From: Myxococcota bacterium
GTDB taxonomy: Bacteria > Myxococcota_A > UBA796 > GCA-2862545
Reading direction: 5' to 3'
Length of the DNA: 23,324 bases
Assembly (NCBI GenBank): GCA_039208735.1
Contig: JBCCQY010000149.1
Coordinates: 1-23,324 of the forward strand
Of the stretch, positions 7,847 through 16,173 are shown piece by piece. Each line of letters begins with the position of its first letter. Within the stretch, counting starts at the first letter, position 1. Below the pieces are notes generated by a model. That model ran no database searches, was not told the origin of the DNA, and saw only the letters and a program-made list of their open reading frames with translations. The position numbers were made by a program, and so were the translations under genes.

Positions 7847-9787
7847 CTACTCCACGGGGTCGATGTAGGAGACGACGTCGCCGAACAGATCGACTTCGGT
7901 CGGATGGGCCATCACAGCGTCGCCAATCGCATTGGCGAGCTCCAGGAGCCCGTCCGTCGTGTTGAGGGTCGTGGTGATGACCACGTCGACCCCGTCGATC
8001 TCGGGAAGATCGCCGGTCCTCGGGTAGGCGACGTACCGAGCAATCTGGGCCGAGGTGGCGGATTCTACGCGTAGTCCGTTGTGGCTCGCCCGGTAGGCGC
8101 TGCACTCGTCGTTCACGCAAGCCAGCTGCCATCCGAGCCCCCGGTTGCGGAAGCTCTCGAACATCGGTCGCTCCATGGTCACCCGGCTCGCACCGGAGAT
8201 GACGTCGACCCGGTTCGGGTAGCCGTCCATCGCCGCCAGGATCTTGGCGAAGTCGACGGCGGACAGCCGCATCGAGCCCGCCGAGCTTCCGGCGTGGTTG
8301 GTGGGGGTCCACGGCACCTGCACGAGCTCGCCGTCCGAGTCGAACCTGTTGCCCTTTGCGTCGATGGCCTGGATCAGCTCGAGCCCGTTGAACGAAACTC
8401 CACCCGCATCCGCCGGTGCGAACAGCTCGACGAGCCGCTCGGACCAGTCCTGTCCGGTCATCTCCCCCACGATGGTTCCTACGAGGCCCATGCCGTGGTT
8501 CGAGTAGCTGGTGGCGCTGCCCGGAGTGAACAGCAGCGGCCGGGTGCTGAGCACCCACTGATTGGTGATCGTGCCGGGGACTGGGGCGAAGTCCGCGTCG
8601 AAATCGTCGTAGCCGTACTTGATCGCGGCCTGTGCGGGCGTACCGCTGCCCGTCAGTCCCGAGGTGTGCGTCAGCAGATGTCGCATCTCGATCGCCTCAT
8701 AAGCGTCGATCCACTGGCGACGGGACCCTGGCATGTCGGGACGCTGGTAGTCGAGCGTGGCATTGATCGAGCCGAGGTTGTTGGTGAGACCTTTGCTCGC
8801 AGTCTCATCGCTGTAATAGGCGGTGTTGATGCCGTTTGGCGACCGCGCGATGCCGGTGATGTCGTAGCGGCGGTCCTCGGAGCCGGGCACCACGAAGTCG
8901 CGAGCCTCGCCATCCCAGCCGTCTCGGAGTCGATCGGCGGTGGGCCCCGAAGTGACGCGGCCATCGTGGTAGAACGCGTAGAAGATCTCGGTGTTCGGAT
9001 CACACACGATGCCGACAATCCAGTCGGAGTTTCGAGAGTCGTAGGCGGGCTCATTCACCCCCGACGTGAACGACACCGCGGTCAGGTCCTCGATTGTCCC
9101 TACCCCGAGACTGCCGTCCCGGTACCAGCTGTAGACGTCTTCGTCGCATTGTGCGATGGCGACGACGTCGAGGGGTGAGCGAAACGCCGGCAGTTCATAG
9201 GGCAACGGACTCTGATAGAAGTCGAGGTCTCCGCTGGTGCCGCGCGTGTACGTGCCATCTCGGTACCAGGTGATCACCTCACCGAGCGAGCCGATTCCGA
9301 CGTCGATCATCGGATGGTACCGCCGTACGCCCTGAGTGTACGCCCCCGTGAACGTCGGATCATTCGAAAACGGAGGGACGGTCAGCAAGTCTCCGTAGAC
9401 GAGGGACTCGACCGACGCATTGGAGATCTCGGTCTGCCGCATGTAGACAGCCGAGATCACCACCTTGGTCGTGCTTCCCACATGGATCCGCGTGTACGGT
9501 TGCATCGTGGTGCCCACGTCGCGGTCCGCCAGGCCGTAGGCTCCGCTGTAGACGAGACGGCCCTCGTGCGTCGCTGCGACCTGCATCCCGGGGTAGCCCA
9601 CCTCGTCCATCAGCTCCTCGACGAGTCCGTCGATGGCGTCGCCGAGGCCCTCGGCCTGCACGAACTCTTGGGGAGGGCCTTCCTCGTCGGTCGGCGGAAC
9701 CGCCACGAGCGACGGGTCACAGCGGTCACCCGTGCAGCAACCCGCTACCATGATGCTTGTGCAGCCGATGATGAACCACGTTCGCAT
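7847..9787 (-). CDS. Serine hydrolase (beta-lactamase/PBP family) lipoprotein with an inserted repeat domain
   Basis: GGAGG RBS then MRTWFIIGCTSIMVAG-C. SxxK (GSTTK), LLTHTSG, YxN (YSNHG) and HNG motifs. About 200 aa are inserted between SxxK and LLTHTSG. Confidence 0.88.
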   Translation of the reverse strand: MRTWFIIGCTSIMVAGCCTGDRCDPSLVAVPPTDEEGPPQEFVQAEGLGDAIDGLVEELMDEVGYPGMQVAATHEGRLVYSGAYGLADRDVGTTMQPYTRIHVGSTTKVVISAVYMRQTEISNASVESLVYGDLLTVPPFSNDPTFTGAYTQGVRRYHPMIDVGIGSLGEVITWYRDGTYTRGTSGDLDFYQSPLPYELPAFRSPLDVVAIAQCDEDVYSWYRDGSLGVGTIEDLTAVSFTSGVNEPAYDSRNSDWIVGIVCDPNTEIFYAFYHDGRVTSGPTADRLRDGWDGEARDFVVPGSEDRRYDITGIARSPNGINTAYYSDETASKGLTNNLGSINATLDYQRPDMPGSRRQWIDAYEAIEMRHLLTHTSGLTGSGTPAQAAIKYGYDDFDADFAPVPGTITNQWVLSTRPLLFTPGSATSYSNHGMGLVGTIVGEMTGQDWSERLVELFAPADAGGVSFNGLELIQAIDAKGNRFDSDGELVQVPWTPTNHAGSSAGSMRLSAVDFAKILAAMDGYPNRVDVISGASRVTMERPMFESFRNRGLGWQLACVNDECSAYRASHNGLRVESATSAQIARYVAYPRTGDLPEIDGVDVVITTTLNTTDGLLELANAIGDAVMAHPTEVDLFGDVVSYIDPVE

Positions 9788-10003
9788 GCCTTCGTCCTCC
9801 GGAGGTTGGATGGGCAGGTTCTGCGCAGCGGTCGACCGCGTTCGAGCGGGCGCTAGCGTCGAATCCTCATAGGAGGCACACGGTCTCACTTGGGTCCCAA
9901 CTCGCACCAGTACGGGACTGACACCGCGACGACCGCGATCAGGCCGGCCAGAGCCGCTCGATCGAGTACGCTACGTGGAGTGCTCGACAACGGTGACGAC
10001 GCG

Positions 10004-12913
10004 ATGTCCAACTTCGAAGATCTTCGACAGCTTCAACTCGACGTCGGCACGCTCGATCTCGTCTCGGGGACCTTCCAGCGATCCGAGGGCCCCCTTACGC
10101 TCACCCCGGTCGAGACCGCCTTGCTTCGCTACCTCGTTGCGCGACCGGGCGAGGCCGTCGCTCGCGACGAACTGTACGCCGAGGTGTGGGGATTCGTGCC
10201 GCAGGCGCTCAGTCGAGCCGTCGACAAGGCCGTTCGAAGGCTTCGCGTGAAGATCGAACGGGATCCTTCGCGCCCTCGGCACCTCCTGACCGCCCACGGG
10301 GTGGGGTACCGGTTCGCGACGGCTGGACTGAATCCCGCGCCGCCGCTTCCATCGTCCGAGTTGCAGGAAGAGGTGGCGGCCATCGGAAGCCGTCGCGTCG
10401 ATTTGGCCAGAGGAACCGTCGATGGGCCATCGGGGCGTGAGTACCTCACCGCCGTCGAGGTAGGGCTGGTGCGTGCACTGCACCACGCGAAGGGACGAGT
10501 GGTCGAGCGCTCGACGCTCAAGCGCGCCGGATGGACCGGAGGCGCTTCCGATCGGGCACTCACCAACGCGATGCACCGCCTTCGGTCCAAGCTCGGCCAA
10601 GATGCCTTGCGTACCACCCGAGGCTCCGGGTACCAGCTGGTCACCGGGTCGCCCCCATACCCGACGCCCACCCTGACCGAGCCGAGCTCACCGCTCTTCG
10701 GTCGCGAGCCGGAGCTCGCGGCCATCCTCGACCGCCTCGACGACGGAGCGCACCTGGTCAGTCTGGTGGGGGCCGCGGGTATCGGAAAGACGCGGCTGGC
10801 GGTTCGCGCTGCCTCGATGACGGCGGATCGGTTCTGCGGAGGCGTCTGGCTCGCCGACCTCACACAAGCCACCGACGAAGACGACGTCATCCGCTTGTTG
10901 ACCCAGGATCTCCAGGTGCCAGACGGCACCCGAGATGCGTTGGTCCGCACCCTGAAGCTTCGGGGGGCTTCGCTCGTGGTCGTCGACAGCTTCGAAGGGG
11001 TGGTCGACCACGCCGCGAGTACAGTTGGCTACTGTCTGCGCGAGGCGCCGGAGTCCGTATTCGTCGTGACCTCGCGGGAGCGCCTCCGGATTCGGGAGGA
11101 GTCCGTCCTGCAGATCGGCCCCCTACCCAAGCCCGACGCGATCGCCCTGTTCGAGTCCCGGGTGTGTCAAGCCGGCGCGATGGTCCGGGCCTCGGACCAT
11201 CTCGCGATCGAAAGCATCGTCGAGCAGCTGGATGGGATCCCGCTCGCGCTGGAACTGGCGGCGGCTCGCTCCCCCCAGCTCGGAATTCGACAAGTCGAGG
11301 CGATGCTCTCCGACCGGTTTGCGTTGCTCGTCGGAGGACCGCGAGACGCCCCTCCGCGGCATGCGATGTGGCACGCCGCGCTCGCCTCGTCCTGGCGACT
11401 CCTGGACTTCACAGAGCAACAGCTGATGACCGAGCTCTCGGTGTTCGTGGGCGGGTTCGACCGAGCCGCGGCGGAGGCCGTGGCCACGGTGTCCGACGTG
11501 ACGGAGAAGCTGACGAGCCTCGTCGACAAGTCGCTGATTCAGCTCTCGTCCGACGGTGGGCGCTACTCCCTCTTTGCGTCGGTCCGACTGTATGCCGCAC
11601 AGTTCCTATCGAACGAAGCGATCCGCAAACGACACGCGACGTACTACGCATCGCTGGGCAGCGAGGAAACCCAGCGTTTGCGGGGCCGCCCCGGGGAGAT
11701 CGAGCGACTCGAGCGCATGAAACTCGAACGAGAGAACCTTCGCACCGCGTTCGACTTCGCAAGGGCCGCCGGACTTCCCAGGGTCGCCGTCGAGTCCGCA
11801 ATGGCCCTGGCCAAGCTCGGTTGGGAGTTCGGGCCGATCCCGCCAGAGCTCGCGCGCTGCAACGAGCTAATCGACGCCTTTGGCGAGAGCCTGCCCACGC
11901 GATTGCTTGCCCGCTTGGTGTACGTGAAGTCCTATCTGGCAATCCGAACGGGTCGGAACGCCCAGGCCATCGAGGCCGCTACCCAGGCCCGGATGATCGC
12001 CGAGTCGCTCGGCGCCACATGGATCGCCCAGGCAGCCACCATCGTCCTGTCTGGGGCCTACCGCCAGGTGGGTGAACTCGACCGGGCCCGAGAGGAGGCG
12101 CTCGTCGGCCAGTCTTTAGCCGAGCAGGAAGGCGAGCTGTTCTTGCTTGGCCGCTCGCTCCATGCGCTCGAACGGTGGTCTCGCGTCGTCGGCGACTTTC
12201 AACAGGCGGTGGCCCTGGGCGAACGGATGCTCCAGATCGGTCGCGACACCGGAGATCTGCTGGGTGAGCTCGTCGCGCTCTCGGTTCTCGGAACATCGCA
12301 CTCCGAGCTTCTCAACGTCGAGATGGCCCGCTTCTACTACGAGCGTGCGCTGGAGCTGTGCAAGATCACCCGGAGTCCGACGCTCGAAGCACCGCTTCGG
12401 AACCTCCTCGGCATCTGGTTCGCAGACCGTGGCGCAGGTGCCGAAGCACGGCGCGAGTTCGGTATCTGTCTCGACCTCTCGAAGCTCGCCGGAGACGAGC
12501 GAGTGTACGGCCCCGTCACCCTGAACATCGCGACGATCGCGGTCACCGAGGACCAGCTGGTGGAGGCACGGTACTTCATCGAGCAAGCGCAGACCGTGGC
12601 GATGCGTTCGGGAGCGCGCCGCCTTCTCTTGCGGGCACGCATCTTGCTGGCCGAAGTCAGCCGACGCGGAGGCGACCTCGATGCGGCAAGGCGGCAGCTA
12701 GACGTGGTTCTCGCGGACCCCTACTGCCAACGAACTCCCCATCTGTCCGCGCAGGCCGAGAGTCAGGCAGGACTGTTGGCGCTGGACGAACAGGAGGCCT
12801 CCAAGGCCGAGCGTTGCCTCCACTCCGCGGAGAAGGCCCTTGCCTCGTTCAAGCTACGACGGCCGAGCCAACGACGCACCGTCGACGAGTTGGCCCGACG
12901 ACTGCGCGGGTAG
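10004..12913 (+). CDS. STAND-type regulator: two OmpR-like winged-helix domains, NB-ARC-like ATPase and TPR repeats
   Basis: wHTH1 'LTPVETALLRYL...RLRVKIE.DPSRPRHLLTAHGVGYRF'; wHTH2 'LTAVE..L...HRLRSKLG...TTRGSGYQL'; Walker A GAAGIGKT; Walker B VVVDSFE; TSRE; LDGIPLALELAAAR; helical TPR-like C-terminus. Confidence 0.9.
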   Translation: MSNFEDLRQLQLDVGTLDLVSGTFQRSEGPLTLTPVETALLRYLVARPGEAVARDELYAEVWGFVPQALSRAVDKAVRRLRVKIERDPSRPRHLLTAHGVGYRFATAGLNPAPPLPSSELQEEVAAIGSRRVDLARGTVDGPSGREYLTAVEVGLVRALHHAKGRVVERSTLKRAGWTGGASDRALTNAMHRLRSKLGQDALRTTRGSGYQLVTGSPPYPTPTLTEPSSPLFGREPELAAILDRLDDGAHLVSLVGAAGIGKTRLAVRAASMTADRFCGGVWLADLTQATDEDDVIRLLTQDLQVPDGTRDALVRTLKLRGASLVVVDSFEGVVDHAASTVGYCLREAPESVFVVTSRERLRIREESVLQIGPLPKPDAIALFESRVCQAGAMVRASDHLAIESIVEQLDGIPLALELAAARSPQLGIRQVEAMLSDRFALLVGGPRDAPPRHAMWHAALASSWRLLDFTEQQLMTELSVFVGGFDRAAAEAVATVSDVTEKLTSLVDKSLIQLSSDGGRYSLFASVRLYAAQFLSNEAIRKRHATYYASLGSEETQRLRGRPGEIERLERMKLERENLRTAFDFARAAGLPRVAVESAMALAKLGWEFGPIPPELARCNELIDAFGESLPTRLLARLVYVKSYLAIRTGRNAQAIEAATQARMIAESLGATWIAQAATIVLSGAYRQVGELDRAREEALVGQSLAEQEGELFLLGRSLHALERWSRVVGDFQQAVALGERMLQIGRDTGDLLGELVALSVLGTSHSELLNVEMARFYYERALELCKITRSPTLEAPLRNLLGIWFADRGAGAEARREFGICLDLSKLAGDERVYGPVTLNIATIAVTEDQLVEARYFIEQAQTVAMRSGARRLLLRARILLAEVSRRGGDLDAARRQLDVVLADPYCQRTPHLSAQAESQAGLLALDEQEASKAERCLHSAEKALASFKLRRPSQRRTVDELARRLRG

Positions 12914-13048
12914 GTTCGATCGCGGCGGCATCGCGTCCAACCTTCGGGAGCGCCCCTGTCTGCGCCGGCGAGCGACGGCGAAGGTGAACGGCAGCCCAGC
13001 CCTCGGATTGACCCGACTTGATCGCTGCGGGTCGCACGCAAGGGTGTC

Positions 13049-13164
13049 GTTTGCCCGCTGTTTGCCCAAGTTCAGACCGAAGCCACGCAACTTTCACAAA
13101 TTATAAAGGTTGAACCTTTATCCGGGTGTTGCGGTGGCGGAGACCTACAAGAAACAAACCCACC
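13049..13164. mobile_element. Possible decayed attachment site/integrative-element end with a tRNA 3'-end remnant on the minus strand
   Basis: GTTTGCCC direct repeats (13049, 13060), AT-rich palindrome ATAAAGGTT-G-AACCTTTAT (13103-13121), then TGGCGGAGACCTACAAGAAACAAACCCACC (13135-13164), which resembles the reverse complement of a tRNA T-arm/acceptor/CCA end. Confidence 0.4.
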
Positions 13165-13196
13165 TGAACGTGCGTTCGAACGGGCCGCTCAAGTGT

Positions 13197-14111
13197 TCAG
13201 CCTCGTCGGGGCCGCACGGGAATGATCAGTGCGACGCGGTGAATGCCCTTGTCATCCGGCATGCCGAGGTACTCCTCGTAGCCAAACCGATCGTCGGGCT
13301 CGTACGGACTGTCGGGTAGCCAGTTCCCGTAGACCCACTGCCACGCCGATGCGTACTGCGCCGTGGTCAGTTCAAAGGTCGCGACAAGGCACTTGCCGGC
13401 TGGCACCTCGAGCACGCCGACCTCCCCTTGACCCTCGGTTCCCGTCGGCACCGACGCGCACACGCTGATGCGAAGCTGGCTATCGTCGGTGACACCTGGA
13501 TCATCATGGTAAATCGTGAGCATCCGCGTAGTCGGCGACATGAGGTCCCTGGCCGACAGCCAACCCGTGAGCTGACCGAACAAGCGGCCGAAGAGGGAGC
13601 CGTCCCCTGCGTAGGGACCAGTGTGTCGAACGTACGCGACGGTGAACGCATCCCGTTCCTGGACATCGTGACCGGTGGGAGCGAGCGCTTCAGGTTTCAT
13701 CGATACCTCCTGGTGGTTCGATGAAACCGCAACCGCTCCCTCCTCGACTTGGCCGTGCTTGCGATTGACGTGACCATTCTTGCGCCATTCGCGCGCGGAC
13801 ATTCCAAAGTGACGCCGAAATGCGCGCGAGAACGAGGAGGTCTCCCCGAACCCGCAGTCGATGGCAATCTCGGTGATGCTGTACTCGGGAAGGGTGAGGA
13901 GTACGCTGGCCGCTCGCTCGAGCCGCACGCGACGCACGAACGCAGACGGGGTCTCGCCCACCAACGCGGTGAAGATGCGATGGAAGTGGAACGGCGAAAA
14001 GTGCGCCACCTTGGCGAGATCAACGAGTTCAAGCGGCTCGGCTAGATGTTGCTCAATGTGGTCCTGCACCCGTTGGACCCGGGCGATGTAGTCGGTACGA
14101 CCATTCGTCAT
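13197..14111 (-). CDS. AraC family regulator with C-terminal GyrI-like effector-binding domain
   Basis: N-terminal 'LAKVAHFSPFHFHRIF...EIAIDCGFGETSSFSRAFRRHFG'; GyrI-like 'VAYVRHTGPY...YHDDP...WLPDSPYEPDD'. The ATG overlaps the ankyrin stop (ATGA). Confidence 0.93.
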   Translation of the reverse strand: MTNGRTDYIARVQRVQDHIEQHLAEPLELVDLAKVAHFSPFHFHRIFTALVGETPSAFVRRVRLERAASVLLTLPEYSITEIAIDCGFGETSSFSRAFRRHFGMSAREWRKNGHVNRKHGQVEEGAVAVSSNHQEVSMKPEALAPTGHDVQERDAFTVAYVRHTGPYAGDGSLFGRLFGQLTGWLSARDLMSPTTRMLTIYHDDPGVTDDSQLRISVCASVPTGTEGQGEVGVLEVPAGKCLVATFELTTAQYASAWQWVYGNWLPDSPYEPDDRFGYEEYLGMPDDKGIHRVALIIPVRPRRG

Positions 14112-14932
14112 GTCGAGCCCTCCTCCGCCGTCAGAAGGTCGATCAGTGCGGCGTGCTGATGGTGCTTGGCCCATCCCAGAGCATCGCCGCCCACCATGCC
14201 GTCGCGAACCGCCGGATCGGCCCCGTGAGCCAACAGCCATTCCACTATAGGCCGGTCCCCCCGCCAGATCGCGCCGTGGAGGGCCGTGCCGCGCCAATGA
14301 AATCCGGGCGGGCAGGCATTCACTTGGGCGCCTCGCGCCAACAACTCCGCGGTGCAAGCCGACCAGCCGTTTTGTGCAGCCATCACAAACGCGTTGTTCA
14401 CGATGTCTTGAGGCACGTTGGCACGGTCTGCAGGCACCGTGTCTGGAAACGGCGAGCCGATCGGGCCCGCTTCGGGACGTAGCCCCCCCGATGCAAAGAA
14501 ACCGACCATCCCATCGACATCGCCAAGCCCTGCCGCGGCACGCAACGACCGCACTTTCGCTCCGCGCTCCACCAGAACCCGGGCCAGCTCGAGATGACGC
14601 CAATAGAGCGCCTCATCGAGGGGGCCCCACGACGTCGTTCCGTCGAGGGGGGCACCGCGCTCCAACAGATAGAGCAGCACGGGCCGAGCGTCGACGCTCG
14701 CGGCGGCCACCAAAGGTTCAGCGAGGGAAGCCCCCGCGTTCACAAGTACGGCGGCCGCTCCCACTGCATCGGGCAAGTTCTCGGCCTCACAAGCCACCAT
14801 CTGGAGCAGGGTAGGATGGCTGCACGAGGAGCGGCGATGAACCAGCGTTGGCTCGGCTTCGAGCGCCGACCGTAAGCTCTCGAGATCTCCGCTTACGATG
14901 GTCGTAAGCACCGGCTGGAAGACGGGGTCCAA
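14108..14932 (-). CDS. Ankyrin repeat protein
   Basis: Repeats 'PLVAAAS...LLERGA', 'GPLDEALYW...LVERGA', 'GTALHGAIWRG...LLAHGADP'; TTG start after GGAG. Confidence 0.88.
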   Translation of the reverse strand: MDPVFQPVLTTIVSGDLESLRSALEAEPTLVHRRSSCSHPTLLQMVACEAENLPDAVGAAAVLVNAGASLAEPLVAAASVDARPVLLYLLERGAPLDGTTSWGPLDEALYWRHLELARVLVERGAKVRSLRAAAGLGDVDGMVGFFASGGLRPEAGPIGSPFPDTVPADRANVPQDIVNNAFVMAAQNGWSACTAELLARGAQVNACPPGFHWRGTALHGAIWRGDRPIVEWLLAHGADPAVRDGMVGGDALGWAKHHQHAALIDLLTAEEGST

Positions 14933-14956
14933 TAATGCTCCAACTTCAGCCCTCTT

Positions 14957-15592
14957 CTATCGGACCGCGATGACACTCCCCGAATCGTCTGGATCCTCCG
15001 GGCGTCGGACCAGGGCAAACCCCGACCGATGACGGGCCTGCGCGCGTATTGCCCCAGGCGCCACCCACGCTTCACCGAGCCGCCATCCTTGTTCGGTCGC
15101 CTGCTGAACGCCGCGGGCGCGCACCCAGACGGGTGGATCACCAGGGAGCAGCCGCCAAGGCCCATCGAGCGGCTGCCCCTGTCGGCTGAATCGCAGCGCA
15201 CCCGACGTTGGAACGAACCGTGCTGCCGCGGTGCGTCGGCCGATCTCGCTCTCTTCGACGACCCAGTAATCATGGGGATGATCCGAGCCGGTTCGAGGCG
15301 TGATGGTGACCGTTTCGGCGAGGCTCTCCCAGTCTCCGGTCGGGTCGAAGCCTGCCAGCAGCCGTCGGTCTAATTCCACCGAGAAGGCTAAGGCAACCTC
15401 GGGTTTCCCCTCGGCCATTGCATCATGGATGCTCTCATACAGCGCATCATCCGATGCTGAACGATCCGTGGACTCGCGATAGCGCTGGCGAATCGACGCG
15501 ATCCATGCGCCTTCGGCAAACGCCTGCTCGATGGCCCAGTCGAGCGCCACGGCCTCGTGCATCATGAATAAGGTTCGGAACGCCTCAAACAC
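14957..15592 (-). CDS. Hypothetical protein
   Basis: 211-aa ORF with GGAGGG RBS before GTG, collinear with the neighbouring minus-strand genes; no motif recognised. Confidence 0.65.
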   Translation of the reverse strand: MFEAFRTLFMMHEAVALDWAIEQAFAEGAWIASIRQRYRESTDRSASDDALYESIHDAMAEGKPEVALAFSVELDRRLLAGFDPTGDWESLAETVTITPRTGSDHPHDYWVVEESEIGRRTAAARFVPTSGALRFSRQGQPLDGPWRLLPGDPPVWVRARGVQQATEQGWRLGEAWVAPGAIRAQARHRSGFALVRRPEDPDDSGSVIAVR

Positions 15593-15661
15593 GCCGCCCT
15601 CCGCTTGCGAAGGATGTGCACGTCCCCGCGGCCGTCAACCACGGGCTCCGCTTGCCGCCGA

Positions 15662-16075
15662 TCACACAGCTCCGTCGAGGGTTCCTGTGTCGACGCCACC
15701 CGAACAGACCATCGATTCTCCAGACCAATCGTCTTCGACCACCGCAACCTCGTCCCCATGACGGACGAACAAGGTCTGGCCTTCCGGCAACGAAGGCATA
15801 GGGCAGGTGGCCGTGTCGACGTTGCAGTCCGCTACGATGTCGCGGCTCGCGAAGAGACCTCCTGGCGTTCGCACCCGGTACAGACTGTCGATCCGGTAAC
15901 GACCGTCGCCCTCTTCGATGACTTCGCAACTCGCCTGGGTGACGTCGAGCGACGAGCTTCGGCACGTAGAAAGGACGACCGTCACCTCGACGGGGGTGCC
16001 GCCGATGCAGAAACCACCTGCATTACGTTGCGTCTCGACGCATGCCATGAGCAACACGAGCCACGTGAAGCGCAC
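15662..16075 (-). CDS. Cys-rich hypothetical lipoprotein
   Basis: GGGAGG RBS then GTG: MRFTWLVLLMA-C; six further Cys in about 125 aa. Confidence 0.75.
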   Translation of the reverse strand: MRFTWLVLLMACVETQRNAGGFCIGGTPVEVTVVLSTCRSSSLDVTQASCEVIEEGDGRYRIDSLYRVRTPGGLFASRDIVADCNVDTATCPMPSLPEGQTLFVRHGDEVAVVEDDWSGESMVCSGGVDTGTLDGAV

Positions 16076-16173
16076 GATGACCTCCCACTTTCGGCGACTA
16101 AGCCTAGATCGAATGGGGGTGCCTGAACAAATGCCTTGCCATTCGCGGGCGTTGTTCGCGATATGTGCGCGCC

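Noticed and set aside
10004..12913. Avs-type anti-phage STAND
   Set aside because: The N-terminus is DNA-binding wHTH rather than a nuclease or other effector, and the ATPase resembles regulatory AfsR-like proteins.
13135..13164. Intact tRNA gene
   Set aside because: The T-loop is degenerate and no anticodon or D arm can be folded; at most it is a remnant.
13197..14603. 468-aa version of the AraC-GyrI protein
   Set aside because: The extension overlaps the ankyrin gene; the true start is ATG 14111 with an RBS and ATGA coupling.
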